From a virus (lineage: Duplodnaviria > Caudoviricetes), in IMG/VR virus record IMGVR_UViG_3300027835_000015, positions 1 to 33,310 of that record: a stretch of DNA of 33,310 nt. One strand, given 5' to 3'. A model generated the notes under the pieces. That model was given only the letters and a program-made list of their open reading frames with translations. It searched no databases and was not told the origin of the DNA. The translations under genes were made by a program, and so were the position numbers. Below are positions 18,375 to 27,500 of the stretch, one piece after another; positions within the stretch are counted from its first letter, which is position 1; every line of letters begins with the position of its first letter.

Positions 18375-18722
18375 ATGAGTTTTAAAGATAACCTAAAAAG
18401 AGATGCGTTAAATTCTTTTCTTAATACAGATGAGTTTGCCGAAGACATAACGTATACGCCGAAGGGCAGCAGTCAAAGAACTATTAAGGCTATCGTTAAT
18501 CGTAAACGGTTAAATCCGGCCAGTGAAGATACGGGGCGGATTTTACAAAATACGATTGAAATTTTTATTGCCAATGACCAGACGTATGGTTTGACAGCGA
18601 TTAATAAAGGCGGAGATAAAGCAATCTTACCTGAAGTGATCGGCGGCGTGGATGCCAATTATGTCGTCATTGATATTCTCGGAGAGGATGACGGCATGTG
18701 GCATTTATTATTACAAAAATAA
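18375..18722 (+). CDS. Head-tail joining protein (gpFII-like)
   Basis: FLNTDEFAEDITYTP pattern, size and position. Confidence 0.65.
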   Translation: MSFKDNLKRDALNSFLNTDEFAEDITYTPKGSSQRTIKAIVNRKRLNPASEDTGRILQNTIEIFIANDQTYGLTAINKGGDKAILPEVIGGVDANYVVIDILGEDDGMWHLLLQK

Positions 18723-18723
18723 A

Positions 18724-19329
18724 ATGACAGAACTCACAGCAGAAATAAACACAGTAAATCTCGAAAAAGCTATACGGCTTTTTCCGAAGGAACTCAAATT
18801 TGAACTTGCTGATGGGATGGATCATATCAGTAAGAAATTTCTAAAACAATTTTATCAAAGCCGTCTTCAGGGTCCTCCGGGTATTAAAGCAAGACCGCAC
18901 GGGATATTTAGCTTTTTCCATCGAGCATCACTCGTGTCTCAATCCATTGAAGGCATGGGCATGGTTATATTTTCTGATTCTAAGATATCAAAACTTCACG
19001 AAGAAGGCGGGGTTGTAAGAAACAGCGGCGGGGCAAAGTTGGCGGTTCCGTTATCGGTAAGAACTGAACTGTTTACTTCTTCAGGGAAGTTAAAAAAACA
19101 ATACAAACAACCGCGGCTATTAAAAAATTTATTTCCTATCAAATTAAGAGGCAAAACATTTTTAGCCAGGGCGATAAAAAAGGCTAAGACCTTATTGCCT
19201 TTATTCGTTTTAAAGAACCAGATCAAAATTCGTCCACGGTTAGGATTTTATAAAACTTGGGACGATATGCAAAACCAGCGTATCGACATTCTGAATCAAT
19301 CAATCCAAAAAACTTTAGATAAGGTTTGA
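18724..19329 (+). CDS. Tail completion/neck protein (gpZ-like)
   Basis: Basic protein between head closure and tail terminator; start moved to ATG 18724. Confidence 0.55.
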   Translation: MTELTAEINTVNLEKAIRLFPKELKFELADGMDHISKKFLKQFYQSRLQGPPGIKARPHGIFSFFHRASLVSQSIEGMGMVIFSDSKISKLHEEGGVVRNSGGAKLAVPLSVRTELFTSSGKLKKQYKQPRLLKNLFPIKLRGKTFLARAIKKAKTLLPLFVLKNQIKIRPRLGFYKTWDDMQNQRIDILNQSIQKTLDKV

Positions 19330-19330
19330 T

Positions 19331-19792
19331 ATGCCGATCGTTAAAGAAAATATTTTAGCAAATGTTAAGACGACGCTTGAGGCGATCACTATTTCCAACG
19401 GATATGTGAATACGGTCCTTAGTGTTCAACGCTGGATTCAAAAGGGAAATTCTTTAATCAATGTGCCCTGCATTATCGTCAATGCCGGTCCTGAAGAAAT
19501 GGAGATGTCGCCAAATCCATTTTTTACCAACAAACTTTTGGTTTATTTGGACGTCTGGGTTCGACAGGATGAATCGGATACACAGTCAACCGATACGATT
19601 TTGAATAGTCTTTTGGGCGATATTATCAAAGCGTTAATGGTCGATAACACCCGGGGAGGTTACGCGATTGATACGAATATAAAAAGTAATGTTCCTTTTG
19701 AAACCGTGGAAGGACAACCACATGCCGGAATCGTCGTCGAGGTTGAAATTATCTATCAGCATAAATTAACAGATCCATCCGTAGCTGGATGA
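19331..19792 (+). CDS. Tail terminator protein (gpU-like)
   Basis: Acidic 153-aa protein before the tail tube; LEAITISNGY...DNTRGGYAIDT. Confidence 0.65.
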   Translation: MPIVKENILANVKTTLEAITISNGYVNTVLSVQRWIQKGNSLINVPCIIVNAGPEEMEMSPNPFFTNKLLVYLDVWVRQDESDTQSTDTILNSLLGDIIKALMVDNTRGGYAIDTNIKSNVPFETVEGQPHAGIVVEVEIIYQHKLTDPSVAG

Positions 19793-19807
19793 GTAGGAGG
19801 ATTAAAA

Positions 19808-20950
19808 ATGTTAACGAGAAAAAGACAGGTCGTTTCCAAAATTGAAAGTGTTGAAGGCGTTGCAGAAACATTAGCGGTGGCTGATGCCAAGACGCTGGCC
19901 TATAACCCGAAAATAAGTTTCGATCCGGAAATGTTTCCGCGGGATCCCGCGAGATTAACGCTCACTAATATTGGCAAAGTTGTTGGTAAACGACCCGGGA
20001 CATTGGGATTTAGTTTGGAACTGCGAGGATCAGGATCGGCGGCTACGGCTCCGGACTGGGGCAAACACTTTCAGAATTGCGGATGCGGTGTCAGTTTACT
20101 TAAATCGATCAATATTGGTGCGGTGACCGCAGGACCTTTTCAACATGGGGAAACGATTACCGGTGGGACATCTGCGGGCAAAGGTCGTGTCATTATCAAT
20201 ACGGCCAATGGTGCCGCGGCAATTTTTTATGTGATCATCTCTGGCACGCTTCAATCGGGCGAGGTTATTACCGGCGGCACGTCCGGTGCAACGGCAACAA
20301 CTTCATCGTCAGCGACGACGATTGGTAACGTCATTGAACCTCTTACAGATAACGTTGTGAGTCAAACCATGTCTGGTTATGAAGACGGTATTCGGAAGTT
20401 ATTAAGAGGATGCAGAGGCAAATTCAAACTGGGTTTTAAAAACGGTCAGCCTGTAATGTCGGAATTTCAGTATATGGGCGTTGAAGCCGGCATCGCCGAT
20501 ACAGCTCTTTTTACGAGTCCAAGTTACGAAACAACAAAGCCACCGGCATTTCTTAATGCCGCTTTTTCAGTTGATACCATTGCTCACAAAATTTCTGAAT
20601 TAGAGATTAACGTGGATAACAAACTCGCCGCCCGCGATGACGTTAACAATGACAGGGGATTGCTTTCATTCTTAATTACTGATCGTGACGTCAATGGTTC
20701 TTTCAATCCCGAGATGCTTTTAGTGGCCACTCATGATTTTCATTCCAAGTGGTTCAACGCAACCGAGATGGTTCTCGATACTGCATGGGGAACTGTGAGT
20801 GGTAACAAGTTTAGGTTCTTTGCCCCACGCGTGCAATATACAAAAGTAGAGGATGAATCACGCGATGGTATCGCTGTTGCTAAAGGTTCGTTTGATTTAA
20901 ACGGCAGTCTTTTGCCCGGCAACGATGAGTGGGCGTTACTTTGTTTATAA
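19808..20950 (+). CDS. Major tail tube protein with inserted domain
   Basis: Position, strong RBS, beta-rich; the insert has twice GE(T/V)ITGGTS. Confidence 0.75.
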   Translation: MLTRKRQVVSKIESVEGVAETLAVADAKTLAYNPKISFDPEMFPRDPARLTLTNIGKVVGKRPGTLGFSLELRGSGSAATAPDWGKHFQNCGCGVSLLKSINIGAVTAGPFQHGETITGGTSAGKGRVIINTANGAAAIFYVIISGTLQSGEVITGGTSGATATTSSSATTIGNVIEPLTDNVVSQTMSGYEDGIRKLLRGCRGKFKLGFKNGQPVMSEFQYMGVEAGIADTALFTSPSYETTKPPAFLNAAFSVDTIAHKISELEINVDNKLAARDDVNNDRGLLSFLITDRDVNGSFNPEMLLVATHDFHSKWFNATEMVLDTAWGTVSGNKFRFFAPRVQYTKVEDESRDGIAVAKGSFDLNGSLLPGNDEWALLCL

Positions 20951-20974
20951 ACCGATAAAGAGGAGGTTTCAAAA

Positions 20975-21400
20975 ATGTTTATTGGAATTGATCGCAATGA
21001 AGTCAAACGTTACACCTCGCCCAACGATCCGGACACATCTAGCCCAACAATTTTTATTTTGGGGTTACTTGAACCAAGCGTACGCAATTACATCGAGGAG
21101 ATTACAGGATCTCTGGACGTCAATCCTAAAAAGCCGGATGAAGCGGCCAAGATGAATTTTAATATCGGCAAGCGTAATCATCTGGTTCTTAAGTATGGAT
21201 TAAAGGGAATTGAGAATTTTATTCATCCAAAGACCAAAGAAGCGATTAAGTTTGAAGCCGCCAACGGTCATTTTGCCGGGAAGCTCGTTTCGGGTGTGAA
21301 TGATGAAGTTTTAAATATGCTTCCGAGTAATTTAAAAGCAGAGTTAGCCGAGGTCATTTGGAACGAAGATAAATTTAGTGAGGACGCCGAAAAAAACTAA
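20975..21400 (+). CDS. Tail assembly chaperone (gpG-like)
   Basis: Between tail tube and tape measure; ends in slippery A AAA AAC TAA. Confidence 0.75.
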   Translation: MFIGIDRNEVKRYTSPNDPDTSSPTIFILGLLEPSVRNYIEEITGSLDVNPKKPDEAAKMNFNIGKRNHLVLKYGLKGIENFIHPKTKEAIKFEAANGHFAGKLVSGVNDEVLNMLPSNLKAELAEVIWNEDKFSEDAEKN

Positions 21401-21717
21401 AACTGGCAGTCTGGCTTGTTTACTCCAAGAGTCAGCTGGATTGCCCGAAACTAAAAGGTATGAATCAAAGCGGCGAATGTGATGTAGAGGAATGCGAGAA
21501 CAGTGTCTGGAATTTTAATGGAGAGGAATTTACAGGATGCCCGGTCAGAAAATTGAATCCACAAATTTTCGAATATTTAAGGGCGTACATGTTTTATAAA
21601 AACAAAATCTTGCCTAATTCGGGCGGATGGATTGATCAGCCGCGGAAATTCATTAAAGCAATGGAGATCATCGAAGTTGAGATGATCAGAATTAAAGAGA
21701 AACAAAATGCCAACTAA
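21397..21717 (+). CDS. Tail assembly chaperone extension (gpT-like), reached by -1 frameshift
   Basis: The -1 frame from 21397 (LKLAVWLVYSKSQLDCPKLKG) is open and continuous with the ORF at 21460. Confidence 0.7.
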   Translation, partial: LKLAVWLVYSKSQLDCPKLKGMNQSGECDVEECENSVWNFNGEEFTGCPVRKLNPQIFEYLRAYMFYKNKILPNSGGWIDQPRKFIKAMEIIEVEMIRIKEKQNAN

Positions 21718-23245
21718 TCGTGAACTCGAAATCATCATGCGCCTCAAAGATGAGGTTACCAAACGTCTTCAGGGAATCGAAGGCGGGTTTGTCCGTTTTA
21801 GAAATAGGATTAAAGAACTGGCAACCGAGATGAAACAGTTAGGCCGGGACATCACGCAGATTGGTCATTCGTTAACTCTTTTGGGCGCGGCTATTACAGG
21901 TCCTATGCTTTTAGCATTTAAGAATTCAGCAGATTATTCAGGCCGCGTAAGCGAACAAATAGATCGACTCAAAAATGTTACGCTCGCTTTTCAATTAACG
22001 ATAGGCAATGCCTTGGCTCCGATTATGGAAAAGTTTACCAACATCCTTGGTGCTTTATTGGATAGATGGAACGCTCTGGGAACTTCTCAACAACAGGCGA
22101 TTGTTCAAAGTTTATTCATGACCGGTGTGTACTTATCTATGACGGGAATTGTTGTGGCATTGACCGGTAAGATTATTGTTTTTGGTGCAGAGGTTTTGAA
22201 GTTAGTCAAATTTTTTATGGGGTTATCCGGCGCGCAGATGGGAATTTTGGCAATAGCCGCGGCGGTTGCTGTTCTTATTTTATTTTGGGATAAGTTAAAA
22301 AATGTCGCCATTCCTGTCCTTAACGCAATTGAGATCGGTGCCAATATGGTCGCCATTGGTTTTCATAAAATGGTTTCATCGATTGTTGATGGCGCTATTC
22401 AAATGTCGCATTCTTTGGCTGATTTTTACAGGACGTTGGGCAAGATAGCTGGTCCTCAACAACAAATATTTTTATCCATGGCGCAGGGATTAGATAGTGT
22501 CGACGGAAAACTAAGAGGACTATCCGTTGCCGAGCATCAGACCATTAGTGATCTTGAAAAGAATATTTCCAATGTATTCGTTAATGGTAAGGGTAAGGTG
22601 GTTGATTTTTTTGATGGTGTACATCAAAGGATTAAATCAGTTTTTGATCTATTTAAGAACCCGCCTAAATTTGACATCAAGCCATTGGTCAAAAATTTTG
22701 ATGCCTTAAAAGAGATTGCACAAAATACCGCGCAAGCGATGAGTCATAGTTTAGGTGATTTTTTCTTTAACGTCGTTACAGGAAAACTCAATAGTTTAAA
22801 ACAAGTCTTTGCGGATTTCGGGCAAAGCATTCTTCACATCCTAAGTAATGCTTTAGCAAAATTATTGCTGATTAAGACTGTCGGTATGGCCTTCCCGGGG
22901 ATTGGTCAATTTTTTCATCAGGGCGGAATCGTTTATCATGCCGGGGGTCTTATTCAAAGAGCGCATTCGGGGATGCTTGCTTCCGATGAGGTGCCCATCA
23001 TTGCTCAAACCGGCGAAGGTGTTTTGTCACGCAGAGGTATGTCAGGGTTAGGAGTTGATAATTTCAACCGATTAAATCGGGGGGAAAGTATTGGCGGTGG
23101 CAACGTCAGTATCGTTATTAATCCAGTCATCCAAGCGTGGGATAGCCGCGACATTTATCGCAATCGCCAAATGATTACGGGGGTCATAAGTGAAGCCATT
23201 AAAAGTAATACTCAACTAAGAAAGATCATCAAAGACTATGCCTGA
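21707..23245 (+). CDS. Tape measure protein (short, 512 aa)
   Basis: LEIIMRLKDEVT N-terminus, helical with hydrophobic stretch, C-terminal FHQGG...DEVPIIAQTGEGVLSRRGM motif. Confidence 0.88.
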   Translation: MPTNRELEIIMRLKDEVTKRLQGIEGGFVRFRNRIKELATEMKQLGRDITQIGHSLTLLGAAITGPMLLAFKNSADYSGRVSEQIDRLKNVTLAFQLTIGNALAPIMEKFTNILGALLDRWNALGTSQQQAIVQSLFMTGVYLSMTGIVVALTGKIIVFGAEVLKLVKFFMGLSGAQMGILAIAAAVAVLILFWDKLKNVAIPVLNAIEIGANMVAIGFHKMVSSIVDGAIQMSHSLADFYRTLGKIAGPQQQIFLSMAQGLDSVDGKLRGLSVAEHQTISDLEKNISNVFVNGKGKVVDFFDGVHQRIKSVFDLFKNPPKFDIKPLVKNFDALKEIAQNTAQAMSHSLGDFFFNVVTGKLNSLKQVFADFGQSILHILSNALAKLLLIKTVGMAFPGIGQFFHQGGIVYHAGGLIQRAHSGMLASDEVPIIAQTGEGVLSRRGMSGLGVDNFNRLNRGESIGGGNVSIVINPVIQAWDSRDIYRNRQMITGVISEAIKSNTQLRKIIKDYA

Positions 23246-23576
23246 TTTTCCAATACAGCCTGATTTCCCAGTCGAAGAAAGTTTTGTACAGAATACGCTT
23301 ATTTCGAATTATGAAAACGGCGTTGAACAAAGACGTTCAAGATTCGGTACACCGTTACGCGAATTTGCTTTGTGTTTTAGAAATAGGAAGATCGCAGAGT
23401 TTTGTTGTTTGAGAGATTTTTTCAACTCAAAGCAAGGGGCCCTTTGCACATTTAGTTTTCAAAATCCCAATGACAGTTGCTGTTATAACGTCCGGTTTAA
23501 AGAAGATAAATTGTCGACGCAGTTGATTTCTTATCGGATTTACAGCATGGAAACAACCTTGGTGCAAGTCAAATGA
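23238..23576 (+). CDS. Distal tail protein (gpM-like), Cys-enriched
   Basis: Follows the TMP; NTLISNYENGVEQRRSR...DFFNSKQGA pattern; 6 Cys in 112 aa. Confidence 0.75.
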   Translation: MPDFPIQPDFPVEESFVQNTLISNYENGVEQRRSRFGTPLREFALCFRNRKIAEFCCLRDFFNSKQGALCTFSFQNPNDSCCYNVRFKEDKLSTQLISYRIYSMETTLVQVK

Positions 23577-24184
23577 GAAACATCAACTCTACATTTCGAG
23601 CTGAAAAGAATTCGCCGACGAATAAACCAATCTTTCTTTACAAGATTTACGATTACGACGGGTCGAATGATTTATTGTTTGCAGAGTACGATCAGAACGT
23701 CACGTTTAATGGCGAGACTTTTGTAGCGTTTCCCATAACTCACGAATTTATTGAGGAAAGCGGCAATCAGGCAATCCCTCAAATCAAGGTGCGGGCAAGC
23801 AATGTTTCACGATACATTCAAGCTTATTTGGAGCAGTACGATTTACGAGGCAAACGCGTTGACATTATTTTAGTTTGGGCGAATCAGTTAAGTAGTCCCG
23901 ACGTAAAGATTGTCGATACATTTTATATCGACAGTTACACCGCCAATGAACTTGACGTTGAGTTGACATTGACTAGTAAGTTTGACGTCTTAGACGTTCC
24001 GTTACCGTCGGGTAAATATCTTAGAACTCATTGCCGGTGGGTTTTTAAGTCGGCACAGTGTGGATATGCTGGGAGTGAGACTTCATGCAACCGGACATTT
24101 CAGCGATGTCAGGAGTTAAATAACGTCGCACGATTTGGAGGTTTCCCGAGTATTCCAATAAGGCGTATTTATGTTGCAAGCTGA
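23573..24184 (+). CDS. Minor tail protein (gpL-like)
   Basis: C-terminal CRWVFKSAQCGY...CNRTFQRC...FGGFPSI four-Cys motif. Confidence 0.85.
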   Translation: MRNINSTFRAEKNSPTNKPIFLYKIYDYDGSNDLLFAEYDQNVTFNGETFVAFPITHEFIEESGNQAIPQIKVRASNVSRYIQAYLEQYDLRGKRVDIILVWANQLSSPDVKIVDTFYIDSYTANELDVELTLTSKFDVLDVPLPSGKYLRTHCRWVFKSAQCGYAGSETSCNRTFQRCQELNNVARFGGFPSIPIRRIYVAS

Positions 24185-24578
24185 CATCATCCAGAAATAT
24201 TTAGGGATTATTTACCAGCACCATGGCCGCGATTTAAGCGGCCTTGATTGTTATGGGCTCATATTAAAAATCTTTGAAGATCAAGGCGTTAAGCTTTGGG
24301 ATATCAATGAGGAATACGATCAGGAATGGAGCTGGCAGGGAAAAAATATTTTTATCGAGAATTATACCCGGGATTGGGAATGTGTAGAGGATCCGCGGTT
24401 TATGGATGTGGCGTGTTTTAAAAACGGGAAAGGTGTTGTTAATCATGCCGGTATTCTTCTCGGTGAGAATAAATTTATTCATGCTGTGAAAGCTGGGGTT
24501 GTGGTTTCAAGGCTTACTGATCGAGAGTGGCATAAACGTTTTGTAGGTTTTTATCGGTATAAAGGTGTCGCGAAATGA
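24171..24578 (+). CDS. NlpC/P60 tail assembly protein (gpK-like)
   Basis: GRDLSGLDCYGL, HAGI and FIHA catalytic motifs. Confidence 0.88.
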   Translation: MLQADIIQKYLGIIYQHHGRDLSGLDCYGLILKIFEDQGVKLWDINEEYDQEWSWQGKNIFIENYTRDWECVEDPRFMDVACFKNGKGVVNHAGILLGENKFIHAVKAGVVVSRLTDREWHKRFVGFYRYKGVAK

Positions 24579-27500
24579 TAAAAGTTACATACCTTCGTAT
24601 CATCCTCGATGAACGATCATTCGAACATAAAGACTTCGATTTTGATCCGTCCTTATCAATTTTGGATTACATCAAAAAAGCAGAATTCGATCATGAGGAA
24701 CATTTTGTCATCTTGTCTGGAAAAAAAGTCAGCGACTTAAATCTTAAGCCAGATGATGGCGATCAGATTCTTATTTATCCGGACGTCGAATGGCAGGCAT
24801 TGGCTTTTATTGGCAGTGCAATTTGGGCGGCCGTGTTGGCTCATCCTTTTATTGCGGTCGCGACAATCCTTGCTATCGGGTATTCGATTTATTCAGCTGT
24901 GACTTATAAAAATCCAGCATTACCGAATTTTGGAACAAGCGGCGATGGCATGGATGAGAATTCACAGACTTACAACTGGGACGGCATTCAGACAACGCAA
25001 GACGTTGGAACGGCGATTCCTGTTGTTTACGGTGAGCATCGCGTCGGTGGAAACGTCATCAATGCTTATATCCAAAATGACGGTGATCAAAATTTTCTTA
25101 ATCTACTTCTTGCGCTTTGTGAAGGAGAGATTGAAAGCATCTCGGATGTCATGATCAACGACCAGCCGGCCGCTAATTTTGACGGCATCACGGTTTATTC
25201 CGACCGGCTGGGAACAAATAGCGATACCATCATTCCAAATTTTGAAGATCTATTTGATAACTTCACGATCAATCAATCTCTTAATGCCGTCAGCAGTTCC
25301 TACACGTACACAACCGCACAAACGGATGTCGAAGCTTTTGAAGTTCAGATGAGTTTTCCCGCCGGCATTTATACGCAGAATCAAGCGAGCGGCGCAATCG
25401 AAGCGTGGAATGTTTCGTTTAAAGTCGAACATAAATTGCACACAGACTCGACGTGGATCAATAACGGTACGATTGATGTTGCCGTCAAACAAAGAACGGA
25501 TATTAAAAGGTATTTTCGTAAAGTCGGATTAACCCCCGGGAAGTATGACATTCGAGTGACAAGAGTTTCAGCGGCCAGTGATTTTTATCACGTGGGCGAC
25601 ATGACTTTTTCATACGTCGTTGAAATTCGTACGCAGGATTTAAGTTATCCGAATATTGCAAAGTTGGGGTTACGCGCGCTGGGAACCAATCAGCTTTCTG
25701 GTGGAATGCCGAATGTCACATGTCTTGTAAAGGGAAGAAAAGTTTTGGTCCCGCGGGTTATGTATTCAGGAGTGGATGTTCCTTACGACGATTATTATTG
25801 GGATTCTGTGACAAGCAAATGGCGCAAGTGGGATGGCACGGATCTTACATGGGACGGCACAACTTATGTGGAGAAGTATTCAGCAAACCCCGTCTGGTGT
25901 TTAAGAGATTTACTTACCAATGATCGTTACGGATTAGGGCAGTACATAAATACGTCGTTTATTTCAACGGCTGATTGGTTGCTTATGGCCAGATATTGCG
26001 ACGAGAAGGTCTCCGACGGAGATAGTGGTTATGAGAAACGTTTTCGGATGGACGTTGTTATCGATAGTTCATCGCGGGCAGTGGATATTCTTAACCAGTT
26101 GGTCGCAGTGTTCCGCGGGATTTTATTTTTTTCTGAAAATAGTTTTAAGTTGGTAATCGATAAACTCGATATACCAGTGCAGTTATTCAGCATGGGCAAT
26201 ATCGTTCAGGGCACATTTAACCAAACATTTAAACCGCTCAAAGAAACAGCCAATGTGATTCAGGTGCAGTTCCTTGATAAAGAAAAAGATTATAAACAAG
26301 AAACCATCTCGGTCATTGATGAGGTTGCCATTGCCAACGGCGATCCTATCCGCAAAAAAGAAATCAAAATCTTTTGCACTCGGGTAAGTCAGGCTTTGCG
26401 TGAAGGTAAATATCAGCTGTTAGTCAGTAAATATATTAATCGCTCGATTGAGTTTCGTGCTGGAGTGGATGCGATCGCTTGTCAGGTCGGAGATTTGATT
26501 GCGGTTAGTCACGACGTCACACAATGGGGATATTCCGGAAGAGTTAAGGCGGGAGGTTCAGGGACGAGTATTAATCTGGATCGGACGGTGACAATTGAAG
26601 TGGGCAAGACTTATAAAATACAGGTTCGTCTTCCTAACGATCAAATTGAAGAGAGAACGGTTACTAATTCGCCCGGGGATACTTCAACGATAACCGTCAG
26701 TAGTACGTTTTCGCAAATTCCGCAGGATTACAATATTTATGCTTTTGGTGAAAGCGGCAAAAATGTTAAGAATTTTCGGGTCATGGGAATTAAGCGCGCC
26801 AATGATCTTGAGTGTGACATTACGGCCATTGAATATAACGCCAATATGTACGATACGGATACGATCGTATTGCCGGAGAGTAACGCTTCGTCTTTGTCTA
26901 CGGACATTCAGCCGGTCGCTAATTTGCAGATTACAGAAGGTGTCGTTACGCTCGCCGACGGAACGATTAAAAACCAAATTGAAGTTTGGTTTAACAAACC
27001 CGATGATTCCGGCCGCGCGTTTGAGTATCGGTTCTCTACCGCGAAGATTTATTTATCCGATGACAATCAGGATTCATGGAAGCTGATCGGCCAGGCCGAT
27101 GGTGGATATTTTATTTATGAAGCGGATTTGGTTAAAGGGAAGACTTATTACGTCCGTGTCACAACCGTTGCTTATAACGGTATGGAAAATAATTTCGCTT
27201 CGGCACCAACAGATAGCATCACAATTACCGCCAAGGACGTGGGCCCGGATCCGGTTGCTAATTTTAATTACACGTGGGGCGATCTGCTTCAATTAGTTTG
27301 GTCACCCAACGATGAGCCGGATTTAGGCGGATATGAAATCAGGGACAATAATGTTAATTGGGGGACGGACGATAGTCACCTTATCTATCGGGGTGCGGCC
27401 AATAAAAAAACTTTGCAACCTACCGGCCGTTCGATGGGGACGTTTTATATCCGCGCTTATAACACCTCTGGCCTATATTCCGCATCTTCAAATTCGATTA

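Noticed and set aside
10294-18658. Many short antisense and alternative-frame ORFs within structural genes
   Set aside because: They are shadows of long coding frames, without RBS or motifs. The same applies to those inside the integrase, terL and J.
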